Positions 49,072 to 59,303 of a stretch of DNA of 63,979 bases are shown piece after piece. The DNA comes from Gammaproteobacteria bacterium (GTDB lineage: Bacteria > Pseudomonadota > Gammaproteobacteria > SZUA-229), in the NCBI GenBank assembly GCA_026196035.1, contig JAPHQX010000055.1, forward strand, positions 1 through 63,979, read 5' to 3'. The notes under the pieces are model-generated. The model saw only the letters and a list, made by a program, of their open reading frames with translations. It did no database searches and was not told the DNA's origin. Each line of letters starts with the position of its first letter. The stretch's first letter is position 1. Both the position numbers and the translations under genes were made by a program.

Positions 49072-49554
49072 ATGACCCGAACAGAAAAACAGCAACTGGC
49101 TGAACAGGGCTATCATACAGCCGTTCAATACGAACTCGATTATGGCTGTTGCCCTCAATGTGTACTGGCCACTGTACAGGAAACCATCGGCATCATTGAT
49201 GACCAGACGATTAAGGCCAGCCATGGTTTGTCCGGTGGCGGCGGGCTACTGGGGCAGGGCACATGTGGCGCCCTGACAGGAGGACTCATGGCCTTAAGCG
49301 CAAAACGTGGACGCGATAGAAACAAGCTCCACATGGGCCGTTGTATTAATAACTTCTCCAAAGGCAAAGAACTGGTAGAACGCTTCAAAGAAGAATTTGG
49401 CGGCATCACCTGTGAAGAGCTGCAGAAGAAGTTCACAGGTCGAATTTACGATATGTGGAATGCCGATGAATATAAACAGTTTGATAAAGATCGTGGCAAT
49501 AAATGTGCTCATGCAACAGGTACAGTTACAAAATGGATTATTGAAATGCTATAA
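49072..49554 (+). CDS. C_GCAxxG_C_C family redox protein
   Basis: 160 aa. CCPQC near the N-terminus and the GTCGALTGG signature. Confidence 0.75.
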   Translation: MTRTEKQQLAEQGYHTAVQYELDYGCCPQCVLATVQETIGIIDDQTIKASHGLSGGGGLLGQGTCGALTGGLMALSAKRGRDRNKLHMGRCINNFSKGKELVERFKEEFGGITCEELQKKFTGRIYDMWNADEYKQFDKDRGNKCAHATGTVTKWIIEML

Positions 49555-49606
49555 ATAAACGGGTAATAAGCAACTTAATATTAAGCAAAATGAGCCAGAA
49601 AGAAGC

Positions 49607-49975
49607 ATGACGAATGACATAAAGATTGAACAATGGATTAAAGATATATTCAGGAGCATCGATACAAAAAGCTGTGAACGTTTTACTGACTTTCTAACAG
49701 ATGATATCAATTTTCGTTTTGGTAATATGCCAACTACACTAGGAAAACCTGCTGTTAGTGATCAGGTCAGTTATTTTTTTAACAGCATTAAATCACTGAA
49801 ACATCAGATCTCAGAGTTCTGGTCTCATGATGACTCAATCATATGTCATGGCAGCGTCTGTTATACACGGCATGATAACAGCACCTTAGACGTACCCTTC
49901 TCTAATATCCTGAAAGTAAAAGACCAGAAGGTCAGGGAATATCTGGTTTTTGTAGATGTTTCAGAACTCTATTAA
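49607..49975 (+). CDS. SnoaL/NTF2-like small protein
   Basis: 122 aa. The size and pattern suggest an NTF2-like fold. Weak assignment. Confidence 0.45.
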   Translation: MTNDIKIEQWIKDIFRSIDTKSCERFTDFLTDDINFRFGNMPTTLGKPAVSDQVSYFFNSIKSLKHQISEFWSHDDSIICHGSVCYTRHDNSTLDVPFSNILKVKDQKVREYLVFVDVSELY

Positions 49976-49990
49976 ATAAACAGCCATCAA

Positions 49991-50764
49991 CTACTTCACT
50001 TTACGGGTAAATACCCAGTGATTATCTTTGCTCAGCTTCTTATTAAATGAATATCCATCTCCATTGAAGTCTTTAATGCCTTCAGGGTCAGATAACTGAT
50101 TCTGAATAATAAATCGACTCATAGTACCACGGGCTTTTTTAGCATAAACACCGAGCATTTTATACTGGCCATTTTTATAGTCCTTGAATTCCGGCACAAT
50201 AATCTCGCCGTTTAGCTGTTTAGGCTTAACCGACTTGAAATATTCGTTGGAAGCCAGGTTAATCAGGTACTCAGATTTTATTTTTTTTAACTGCTGATTT
50301 AGCCCATCAGTAATCTGTGTATCCCAGAACTCATACAGATTCTTACCCTGCCTGGTAGATAACTTTGTTCCCATCTCCAGGCGATAGGGCTGCATCAGAT
50401 CGAGTGGCCTTAACAACCCATATAAACCGGATAATACTCGTAAATGTGCCTGAGCAAATTTAAAATCCCTGGCACTAAATGATTCTGCATTCAGTCCCGT
50501 ATAGACATCGCCCTTAAATGCCAGTATCGCCTGCTTGGCATTTTCCTGTGTAAATTTTTTACGCCAGGACTTATAACGATCAAAGTTTAAATCCGCTATT
50601 TTTGTACTGACATTCATCAACTCGGAAATATCCCTTGATGAGAACTCCCGCATACGGGTAATCAGTTGCTGAGAACGATCCAGATAATCAGGCTGGGTAA
50701 ATATTCTGGTCTTTGGCGGCGTATCGTAATCAAGAGTTTTAGCAGGAGAAATAACAATCAACAT
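49991..50764 (-). CDS. yaaA: Peroxide stress protein YaaA (DUF328/UPF0246)
   Basis: 257 aa. [13 protein letters not shown]-terminus and the [21 protein letters not shown] motif. Confidence 0.9.
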   Translation of the reverse strand: MLIVISPAKTLDYDTPPKTRIFTQPDYLDRSQQLITRMREFSSRDISELMNVSTKIADLNFDRYKSWRKKFTQENAKQAILAFKGDVYTGLNAESFSARDFKFAQAHLRVLSGLYGLLRPLDLMQPYRLEMGTKLSTRQGKNLYEFWDTQITDGLNQQLKKIKSEYLINLASNEYFKSVKPKQLNGEIIVPEFKDYKNGQYKMLGVYAKKARGTMSRFIIQNQLSDPEGIKDFNGDGYSFNKKLSKDNHWVFTRKVK

Positions 50765-50846
50765 AATAATTCACAGGAATTTACAGAAAACAGCATTATA
50801 ACAAAATGGCTTTAAGAGTAAGTGAAAAATATTCACCAAATTACAC

Positions 50847-51965
50847 TTATTGATTCAGGGTTTTATGAATATCTTCAAATGACCTGTACAAATCCTTAAC
50901 CTTCTCAAAAGCTCTGGTAGAGTCCTCCAGATACTGAAAGGTGATCGATCTCAGAACTTCTTCCTGAGCATCTGTTAACCCTAATGAAATCATCGCATCT
51001 TCCATTTCACCTATCATAATTTCTACGGCTCTTTCATTCTCACTCTGGATCATTTGCATTGCCGTTTTAATATCTGCCAGTGCACTATCTGCAACTGACA
51101 TACTCTGGGATTTTTCTTCTGTCAGCTCATTAGATAATATTAATTGAACAATAACCTCAACTGCATCACACAAGTTCCCCAGAATATCTTTAATAGCTCC
51201 ATAATCATCTGGATTGTCAATCGGCATATTTTTTACCAGCAAAGAGAAATGCTGATAATTAACAATGGTTCTGGCCGCAAAATCAAAAAAACGACCTCGA
51301 CTCCTGGCCAGCTCAATAACATTGGTTTCCAGTGGCGTCATGCTACCATTTTTACTAAAAGGTAATAAATTCATTCTGACATGAAACTGAATAACCGAAT
51401 TCAGTCCCAGATTTTCCATTGTATCAAACAGTCTCATAGCCAGATCTTCAACTGTTTTTATATGTGTCGCGTCCTTTATAAATGAAAGTACCAGTCCAAG
51501 ACGACTGGTATAGGTCATGGCATTCATTGCAGCATTAAATGAATCACTCGCCTGTTTGCTGAGCGATTCATGCTTAACTCTGTTATCAATAATATAACGT
51601 ACTTTTAAAATCACCTCTTCCGGCTCAATCGGCTTAACAATATAATCATCACCACCCACTGAATAACCTTTTAGTTTTTCATCAAGATCAGTATGCGCTG
51701 AAATAAAAACAAAAGGTAAAGTCTGAAAGCGCTGATCAGCTCTGACAGCCTCACACAGAGCATAACCATCAAGCTCAGGCATCTCGACATCTGAAATAAT
51801 CGACTGAATTGTTTCAGCATGTTCAGACAGGCAATCAAGTGCCTGGTGACCATTCTCAGCAAGTACGGGGTTAAAACCTTCTGATTCAAGATGTATCTGT
51901 AACAATTGCAAAATCAGAGGATCATCATCAACAATCAGAATGTCTGCTTTTACGGGTTTAGTCAT
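50847..51965 (-). CDS. Response regulator: receiver domain plus ~240-aa unrecognised C-terminal domain
   Basis: 372 aa. REC motifs (ILIVDDDPLILQLL, ISDVEMPELDGYAL, DDYIVKP). No HTH, GGDEF, EAL, HD or CheB-like output was recognisable. Confidence 0.8.
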   Translation of the reverse strand: MTKPVKADILIVDDDPLILQLLQIHLESEGFNPVLAENGHQALDCLSEHAETIQSIISDVEMPELDGYALCEAVRADQRFQTLPFVFISAHTDLDEKLKGYSVGGDDYIVKPIEPEEVILKVRYIIDNRVKHESLSKQASDSFNAAMNAMTYTSRLGLVLSFIKDATHIKTVEDLAMRLFDTMENLGLNSVIQFHVRMNLLPFSKNGSMTPLETNVIELARSRGRFFDFAARTIVNYQHFSLLVKNMPIDNPDDYGAIKDILGNLCDAVEVIVQLILSNELTEEKSQSMSVADSALADIKTAMQMIQSENERAVEIMIGEMEDAMISLGLTDAQEEVLRSITFQYLEDSTRAFEKVKDLYRSFEDIHKTLNQ

Positions 51966-52130
51966 CCATCATTCTCATGTAACAAGTTTCTATCCAGTTA
52001 AATCGATATAGAATCATATTTATTTATAGAACATATCACATATTTAGCCATCTAATTTACTCAGCTGAGCAAGAATCAGGGAGCATAAATAGACTTTAAT
52101 TATAATGTTTTACAACATCATGAAATGCTA

Positions 52131-53840
52131 TTACCTGATCTGGATTTTATGATCAGATTTTCTGGAAAAACTGGCAACCTCTGGCTGTCTGCTTGCAATA
52201 TTGCATGATGAAAGAATATTCTGTTTCACATCATATTGACTGGTCTGAATATCCATCAAACCCAATACGGTATGTACAAGATTATCATGTGAATATTTCT
52301 CTAAGTGTCCATGCTCCTGCAAACAGGCCATATCAACATGTTTAGTCTGTACAAGTTCTTCAGATAACCACATGACAAGGGGCACATGAACCTGTTCATC
52401 AGGTGCCATATAATATGGCAGCCCGTGAAGATACAGACCATTTTCACCTAATGACTCGCCATGATCTGACATATACAACATGGCAGTATCCAGTTTATCT
52501 GATTTTTGTTTAAGTACATTAATAACTTCTGACAAAACATAATCGGTATACAAAATAGTATTATCATACGCATTAATGATTTCTTCCTGCGTGCAATCCT
52601 GTACTGCCTTTGTTTTACAGGCGGGTTTAAAAACTTCAAACCTGTCGGGATAACGTTTGTAATAAGCAGGACCATGACTACCCTGCTGATGCAAAACAAT
52701 GACAGTATCATTATTAATAGTATTCAGACGGTCACTCAGCCCCGATAACAAAACCTCATCAAAACATTTTTCATCATTACAGAGTACGGCATCTGCATCA
52801 ATCGTAATCGTTTGTGTTTCTACCCTCTGACATACGCCCTTACAACTGCCGTCATTCTCTACCCATAACACGCTGACACCGGCATGCACCAGTCCATCAA
52901 GAAGATTTTCGGAGTGTCTGGCTTCGTCCTTACTAAAATGATCGTGATCCAGAACAGAAAACATACAGGGCACTGACTCGGCTGTTGCTGTGCCACAGGA
53001 GTAGGCATGTTCAAAATTAATCACATGACCGGAATCTTTCTCCAGTTGTGGAGTTGTGTTTCGCTGATAACCATTCAGATGAAATGAACTGGCACGTGCA
53101 GTTTCACCCACGACCATCACCAGAACAGTATTTTTAGAATTTAGATGAGGACGTTGTTTTGCATCACTAAACACAGGCTTCAGTGTATTATCTTTACTAA
53201 CGACTGACTCTTTAGCAAATTTATAAACTGCGGTTAGTGGATACAGTGGATTAACAAATAAACGTAGCTGCCTGTGCTCTCTGACGACATAAGCAAAATC
53301 CTTGGTTGATGCAAAAATAGCTGTAGCAGAAATCACTACACAGACAGTAGCCAATACAAATCTGGATACCAGCTCTGTAGATAAGGATTTATATTGCACG
53401 TCTACCCAGGCCACCAGAGCAGCCGGAACCATACCAAAAATAAAAATATGTAAAAACAGACCCGAGGTTAAAAGGTCAGTAGCTTCACTATAATCTGTTT
53501 CCGCTATGTTGTGCAGCATGGAAACACTAATTACCGTGCCATAGGTGTCCATAAAATAACTGATCGTTGCCGCAACCATCAGCAGCACCATTAACACCGG
53601 TTTAAGTAATTTCCTGTTACTGACAAGGAACAATAAAATTAATGTCACTGTAAACAGCAACATAAAGAATGCCGCAATAAACAGGATATGGCTAAACAGC
53701 GACAAGTCCAGTGCATCTATGAGGGTTGACCAAAACTTCTGATTGTCGACAGTCAGGATATAAACCAGACTCATCACCAATAGCAAATTGACACTGAGAC
53801 GGGGTCTTTTCAGGAAACTAACATCTAACATCTTTTTCAC
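52131..53840 (-). CDS. Phosphoethanolamine transferase, EptA/MCR family
   Basis: 569 aa. Five N-terminal TM helices and a sulfatase-fold domain with VVGETARA (Thr nucleophile), SDHGESLGENGLYLHG and HVPL. Confidence 0.85.
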   Translation of the reverse strand: MKKMLDVSFLKRPRLSVNLLLVMSLVYILTVDNQKFWSTLIDALDLSLFSHILFIAAFFMLLFTVTLILLFLVSNRKLLKPVLMVLLMVAATISYFMDTYGTVISVSMLHNIAETDYSEATDLLTSGLFLHIFIFGMVPAALVAWVDVQYKSLSTELVSRFVLATVCVVISATAIFASTKDFAYVVREHRQLRLFVNPLYPLTAVYKFAKESVVSKDNTLKPVFSDAKQRPHLNSKNTVLVMVVGETARASSFHLNGYQRNTTPQLEKDSGHVINFEHAYSCGTATAESVPCMFSVLDHDHFSKDEARHSENLLDGLVHAGVSVLWVENDGSCKGVCQRVETQTITIDADAVLCNDEKCFDEVLLSGLSDRLNTINNDTVIVLHQQGSHGPAYYKRYPDRFEVFKPACKTKAVQDCTQEEIINAYDNTILYTDYVLSEVINVLKQKSDKLDTAMLYMSDHGESLGENGLYLHGLPYYMAPDEQVHVPLVMWLSEELVQTKHVDMACLQEHGHLEKYSHDNLVHTVLGLMDIQTSQYDVKQNILSSCNIASRQPEVASFSRKSDHKIQIR

Positions 53841-54004
53841 ACACGCTAACTTAACCGGAGAGGAGAGAAGACAATAACAATATACAGAAGTTCATTTATA
53901 TACTGTCATACAGTTCAAGCGTCCAGGCCTACATAGCCGCTTAACACATTCCGGTTAAGTCGTTACATAATAGTTACATCAGGATATTATGCTGATCTCT
54001 AACT

Positions 54005-55777
54005 CTATTCTTTCATTCGTTTTCCATGGCATTCCATGAAAATACGCTTATCGCAGGTCTCACATATCGATTTATCCAGTTTCTGGTATATCGCAGTGAT
54101 GGCTGCTGTTTTCGACTGAAAAATATTACGACCACCCGTCGCTTCCAGACAACCATAGCGATCCAGTGCATCCCATAAACCTTTTTTAACGCTAATAAGA
54201 TACATACCACCATTATTGGCACGGCGTTTTTTGGCCTCTGTTGCCAGTACGTCCCCGCCCTGCATATCAACAAAGTTAATACCCTGAGCAACTATGGCCA
54301 GATGTTTCTGCTCTGGATAATTTGTACGAATTCTGGCAAACGTTTCCTGTACATGATCAATGGAACCAAAGAACAATGAACCATCAATCCGAATAATTTT
54401 CAGTTGTGGACATTCGGGTAAATCGGGGTCTGTATTAAATGCCCGTTTATATAATCGTGGGTCAGGTGTACGAGTCACAATCCTGGGTTTCGAGACCCTT
54501 TCAAGATACAACAACAGGGACATAATAACGCCCGCAAAAATCGCCGTTTCCAGTTCCAGAAACAGGGCCCCGAAAAAGGTGATCGACAGGACAATGGTTT
54601 CACGTCGACTGCTTTTTAGTATGTGGGCAATTTCCCTGAAGTCAATCAGACCCCAGGCGACCAGAAACAAAATACCCGCCATGGCGGCATTGGGTAAGTA
54701 AGCGGCATAGGGTGCCACCATCACCACCAGCCCCATCAACAAAACACCAGCCAGGATTGCAGCCATAGGTGTTCTTGCACCGGCCTGATAATTAAGCCCT
54801 GAACGATTAAAAGAACCTGTCGCCACATAGCCGGAGAAGAAAGAACCGAAAATATTTGATAGACCCTGACCAATAAATTCCTGATTACCATCGATACGCT
54901 GGCCCGTTTTAGCCGCCAGTGAACGTCCAATGGAAATGGCTTCGGTTAATGCAAACAGACTCAGGGCAAAAGCGGCTGATGCCAGATCTCGAAAAGTGCC
55001 AAAAGTAAAATCAGGTGATGATAAGGGCGGCAATGACGCAGGTAATGCACCCACTGAACTGATACCGGTTACTTGCATACCCATTTTTTGATTCAGTAAC
55101 AGTGCCAGCAGACTGCCGGTTAACATGGCCACTATCAGATAAGGCACTCTAGGTAACCAGCGTTTAACCGCTATACCACTCAGCAAAGTGGCCATAGATA
55201 CCGTCGTCACCCAGGGATTAATATCACCCAGCTGCTGAAAAAACTGCCATAAAATATCATGCAAATGACCGCCACGGGCAATCTCTACACCAAAAAAGAA
55301 TTTCAATTGTTTGGCCGCAATCAGAATCGCTGCACCGGCAGTAAAGCCGACAATGACTGAATGAGAAATAAAGTTCACCAGCGCACCCATGCGTGCCAGA
55401 CCCAGCCCCAGCTCAATAACACCCACCATAAAAGTCAGCGTCAGCGCCAGAGTGACATAATCTATCGAACCCGGTTCGGCATAGACACTTAAGGATGACA
55501 GCATAACAATAGAGGCCGCTGTCGTCGGTCCAGATACCAGATGCCGGGAAGAACCAAACAGGGCCGCAATAATAGCCGGCACCATACCCGCATAAAGACC
55601 ATACTCCGCAGGCATCCCGGCGATGGATGCAAAAGCAACACCCTGAGGCAGCACAACAATGGAACCGGTTAAGCCGGCAATAAAATCCGCTCGAAAATCA
55701 CGCTGCGTGATGGCAGGCAGCCAGAGAAGAAAGGGGAAAAAACGTTGCCACGGGGGAATACTAGCTACTTTGTGCAC
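54005..55777 (-). CDS. SulP family anion (sulfate/bicarbonate) permease with STAS domain
   Basis: 590 aa. SulP transmembrane core (LTGSIVVLPQGVAFASIAG), a C-terminal STAS domain and a short Cys/His-rich tail. Confidence 0.9.
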   Translation of the reverse strand: MHKVASIPPWQRFFPFLLWLPAITQRDFRADFIAGLTGSIVVLPQGVAFASIAGMPAEYGLYAGMVPAIIAALFGSSRHLVSGPTTAASIVMLSSLSVYAEPGSIDYVTLALTLTFMVGVIELGLGLARMGALVNFISHSVIVGFTAGAAILIAAKQLKFFFGVEIARGGHLHDILWQFFQQLGDINPWVTTVSMATLLSGIAVKRWLPRVPYLIVAMLTGSLLALLLNQKMGMQVTGISSVGALPASLPPLSSPDFTFGTFRDLASAAFALSLFALTEAISIGRSLAAKTGQRIDGNQEFIGQGLSNIFGSFFSGYVATGSFNRSGLNYQAGARTPMAAILAGVLLMGLVVMVAPYAAYLPNAAMAGILFLVAWGLIDFREIAHILKSSRRETIVLSITFFGALFLELETAIFAGVIMSLLLYLERVSKPRIVTRTPDPRLYKRAFNTDPDLPECPQLKIIRIDGSLFFGSIDHVQETFARIRTNYPEQKHLAIVAQGINFVDMQGGDVLATEAKKRRANNGGMYLISVKKGLWDALDRYGCLEATGGRNIFQSKTAAITAIYQKLDKSICETCDKRIFMECHGKRMKE

Positions 55778-56082
55778 TAATGTATGGTCCTCTTAAAGTT
55801 TCTACTAAGGATAATCTGGGTTTAACTGAACTCACATCTATTGCTATCAGGGCATCGCCTGGAACGGCTTATAAACATCTCTATCAGCAATTCAGAAAAG
55901 AATCTGCAGGCTATAAATGGATCAACCTGGAATCAACAAATATTAGCATATTTCGAACTTCTAAAAAATTAGAAATGTACTGTTATCTTTATAAAATCCA
56001 AAACCATGGGCTTATTGACCCAGCGCTACATTTTAGACAGGCCATCTGTAGAGCTGGTTAACTATATAAATAACCTGATATG

Positions 56083-56985
56083 TTATTCGACGGAATAACT
56101 TACCCATAGATGATGTTGCTCACCTGGCTCAAGCCTGACCACATCACTGGCAGCATTGGCACTCTCAACACAGAGCATATGTAGATAACCTTCCTCACCC
56201 AGGTCACCCATCTTTGCAGCGGTTTCTCGCCAGGGATTCCAGACCACCGTTGTTCCACTACCACGTTTTTTAATAATGATACGACGTTTAAAACCCGGGT
56301 CATCAATGACGCAATCATCACTCGTATCCAGATAGACACGATCAACTTCCTGATCAATGGTGACCTCGCCAGACTGTTGTTTGCGATTAAAACTCTCAAC
56401 CTTATCCAGATAGTCACAACCATCCAGCCCGTGAATAGCAACATTACGTACATCACTAACATTAAAATAGGTATGCAGGGCATCACCTATTGTAATTGCC
56501 GCAGCGCCCACATTCCGTGTCAGTAAATCAAGCTCCAGAGTTTTACCAATGGTGATGGTGTAATCAAGCTCAGTAGGACATGGCCACATTGCCCGGTTCG
56601 CTTCATCATTGACTATTCGAAACACCAGCTGCACCACATCATCATCCAGCAGCCGGGTGTCGACTACCTGCCATTCAACCGTACGTGCAAAACCATGTGC
56701 CGGTAAAGATGAATCTGACTCATGAGCACCGAACCAGGGCCAGCAAATCGGAATACCGCCGCGCAAGGATTTACCCGTGGCAAATACTGCGTCATCAGAC
56801 ATCCAGATAACAGCAGGCTGATCATGCAAGGTCCACTCGGTTAAATGTGCACCCTGCAGCTGAATGGTTGCTCTGGCATATTGATTAATGACTTCAATTG
56901 AAATCAGACCGTTATCAGCCTGCCTGAACACAACATGGTCGGCAATGGCAAACTGATTATTTAATTCATTCAAATGATTATCCAT
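56083..56985 (-). CDS. D-hexose-6-phosphate mutarotase (aldose 1-epimerase family, YeaD-like)
   Basis: 300 aa. GGIPICWPWFG and ALHTYF motifs typical of YeaD-type epimerases. Confidence 0.85.
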   Translation of the reverse strand: MDNHLNELNNQFAIADHVVFRQADNGLISIEVINQYARATIQLQGAHLTEWTLHDQPAVIWMSDDAVFATGKSLRGGIPICWPWFGAHESDSSLPAHGFARTVEWQVVDTRLLDDDVVQLVFRIVNDEANRAMWPCPTELDYTITIGKTLELDLLTRNVGAAAITIGDALHTYFNVSDVRNVAIHGLDGCDYLDKVESFNRKQQSGEVTIDQEVDRVYLDTSDDCVIDDPGFKRRIIIKKRGSGTTVVWNPWRETAAKMGDLGEEGYLHMLCVESANAASDVVRLEPGEQHHLWVSYSVE

Positions 56986-57019
56986 AAAAGGCTCATATTA
57001 TTTTTGTTAATTATACACA

Positions 57020-57763
57020 TCACACCTTAGATGCTCTGAACGTTGCACCAATGGTAGATACTGAAGTTTTATAATGAGTCAGCGATACCCGTTTAACATC
57101 AACAAAACCCGCTGCCCTGATTAACTGAATAAGATCATCAGTCTTTAATGTTCCAGCCACGCAATCTGCCCATGATTCCGCATTACAGCAGGTATCAGCC
57201 TGATGGTTTCCATCTTTTATCATATCGGCAAAATACAAATGCCCGCCAGATGACAATACCCGAAAAGCTTCCCGAAAAACATCTTCTTTGGATTCAGAAA
57301 GATTAATTGCACCGTTAGAAATAACAATATTAAAACTGGCATCATCAAAAGGCAGTTTTTCAATGGATGTCTGATAAACAGATATATTATTCAACCCTGC
57401 CCGCACTGCATTATGCCGGGCCAGTTCAACCATGGCAGGTGTTAAATCCACACCCGATACACGCCCCTCCTTACTCACCAGCAAGGATGCGACACAAAGA
57501 TCAACGCCTGCACCACAACCGAGATCAAGTACCGCATCAGCTCTTTTAAATTCACCCAGTTGAAAAGGATTACCTACCGCAGCACAGTACTGCCAGACAC
57601 TGTCAGGAACAGCATCTAGCCATTCTTTACGATAATGATGATTAATGGCATTAGCCAGCCCCTTATCCCAGCCAAAGTCCTTATCGGGATTAGCCGCCAG
57701 ATCCGTGTACAGATCAACAACAGTATTATTAGCCAAACAGTCAGAATCAGACATTAATTTCAT
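57020..57763 (-). CDS. ArsM-like SAM-dependent methyltransferase
   Basis: 247 aa. VLDLGCGAGVDL SAM motif. Cys residues sit at ArsM-like positions (YCAAVGNP; DTCCN...WADCVAG). Confidence 0.7.
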   Translation of the reverse strand: MKLMSDSDCLANNTVVDLYTDLAANPDKDFGWDKGLANAINHHYRKEWLDAVPDSVWQYCAAVGNPFQLGEFKRADAVLDLGCGAGVDLCVASLLVSKEGRVSGVDLTPAMVELARHNAVRAGLNNISVYQTSIEKLPFDDASFNIVISNGAINLSESKEDVFREAFRVLSSGGHLYFADMIKDGNHQADTCCNAESWADCVAGTLKTDDLIQLIRAAGFVDVKRVSLTHYKTSVSTIGATFRASKV

Positions 57764-58406
57764 CTTCTTCTATGACTTCTTTTTCTTTTTTTCCGGCTTC
57801 TATCCAGTTGATAATACAGGCTTGATTAAGCACGCAGGTTACATAGTCAGCTTCTATACCATCAAGAGAAATACCATAACCGGCAAACCGTAATGCAACT
57901 GGTGCGAACATCGCATCGGCAATAGAATACTCACCAAACAACCATTTACCCTGTTGTCCAAACTGGGTTCGACATTGCCGCCATAAATTTCTAATTCTTT
58001 CTATCTCACGTTCAGCATCTGATGATAATTGAATATTCTTAAATTTTTTTCGACAGTTCATTGGCAGTTCATTTCTTACTGAAAAGAAACTGGAATGCAT
58101 TTCACAACTGACCGATCTGGCAAAAGCACGCGCATCTTGCTCTACAGGCCAGCCATTTACATGCGGATATTTTTCAGCAATATATTCAAGAATCGATAAT
58201 GAATCCCAGATCACCAGATCACCGTCTTTCAGAACCGGCACTTTAGAATCAGAGTTATATTCAGCAAGTTCTTTATCGGTCGTTTGTGTAAATAAAGCCA
58301 CTCGTTTTTCATCAAATGCAATCTGTTTCTGTTTTAAAAATACCCATGGGCGAAGCGACCACGATGAATAGTTTTTATTACCGATAATTAAAGTCAATTT
58401 CGACAT
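57747..58406 (-). CDS. Glutathione S-transferase family protein
   Basis: 219 aa. The N-terminal GST fold has IGNKNYSSWSLRPW and VPVL..., plus a helical C-domain. Overlaps the downstream methyltransferase by 17 nt. Confidence 0.8.
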   Translation of the reverse strand: MSKLTLIIGNKNYSSWSLRPWVFLKQKQIAFDEKRVALFTQTTDKELAEYNSDSKVPVLKDGDLVIWDSLSILEYIAEKYPHVNGWPVEQDARAFARSVSCEMHSSFFSVRNELPMNCRKKFKNIQLSSDAEREIERIRNLWRQCRTQFGQQGKWLFGEYSIADAMFAPVALRFAGYGISLDGIEADYVTCVLNQACIINWIEAGKKEKEVIEEDEINV

Positions 58407-58540
58407 TTATGTATTCCTGTTTACAAAATTATCAACTCAGCTCAGAGAGTGAATTCTCTGAATATTCGTAAATATTGGTATCCAGCCCTGTTTATCTGTA
58501 AAATTTATGTTTTTATCGTATTCAATGGAGCATCCGGGTC

Positions 58541-59257
58541 ATGGGCAGAGCCTATCAAAACCGCAAAGAGTCGATGGCGAAAACATCTGACGCCAAAGCC
58601 AAAGTCTACAGTAAATATGGCCGTGAGATCTATGTATGTGCCAAGGCAGGAGGCACCGACCCGGACGGCAATCTGGCACTACGCGGACTGATCGATCGAG
58701 CAAAAAAAGACCAGGTACCCACCCATGTCATTGAAAAGGCCATTAAAAAAGCCCAGGGCGGCGGCGGTGAAGACTTCTCACCTGCCATATACGAAGGCTT
58801 TGGCCCCGGCGGCTGCATGGTGATGGTCGCCTGCCTAACCGATAACCCTAACCGTACCTTTGGTGATGTCCGCCAGTGCTTTACCAAAGCCAAATGTAAA
58901 ATTGGCACTCAGGGCAGCGTTAGCCATATGTTTGATCATTCAGGCATTCTGGTCTTCGACGGTGACGATGATGAAGCCGTACTTGAAGCCCTGCTAAACG
59001 CCGATGTCGATGTCACCGATATCGAAAATGAAGATGGAAAAATCAGTGTATTCATACCTCATACCGAATATGCCAAAGCCAGACAGGCGTTAATCGATGC
59101 CCTGGGTGAAATTGATTTTGATGTTGATGAGATTCAGTATCTAGCACAAAACACCTCACCTCTGACAGGTGATGATGCTGAAATGTTTGATAAATTTCTG
59201 GATATGCTTAATGACCTGGATGATGTGCAGAATGTTTATCACTCTGTTGAATTCTAA
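58541..59257 (+). CDS. YebC/PmpR (TACO1) family transcriptional/translational regulator, YeeN-like
   Basis: 238 aa, colinear with the YebC/YeeN family (MGR...[23 protein letters not shown]....P...I..AI.KA.GG). Confidence 0.9.
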   Translation: MGRAYQNRKESMAKTSDAKAKVYSKYGREIYVCAKAGGTDPDGNLALRGLIDRAKKDQVPTHVIEKAIKKAQGGGGEDFSPAIYEGFGPGGCMVMVACLTDNPNRTFGDVRQCFTKAKCKIGTQGSVSHMFDHSGILVFDGDDDEAVLEALLNADVDVTDIENEDGKISVFIPHTEYAKARQALIDALGEIDFDVDEIQYLAQNTSPLTGDDAEMFDKFLDMLNDLDDVQNVYHSVEF

Positions 59258-59303
59258 AATTACATCCAATACATAAAACAATTAAGAATCACTGAAGCCA
59301 GAT

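Noticed and set aside
55780-56061. 93-aa plus-strand ORF filling the 305-bp SulP / mutarotase spacer
   Set aside because: It has no ribosome-binding site or recognisable family, and its composition is typical of AT-rich intergenic DNA. It is left uncalled, though the spacer is long enough that a small gene or RNA cannot be excluded.
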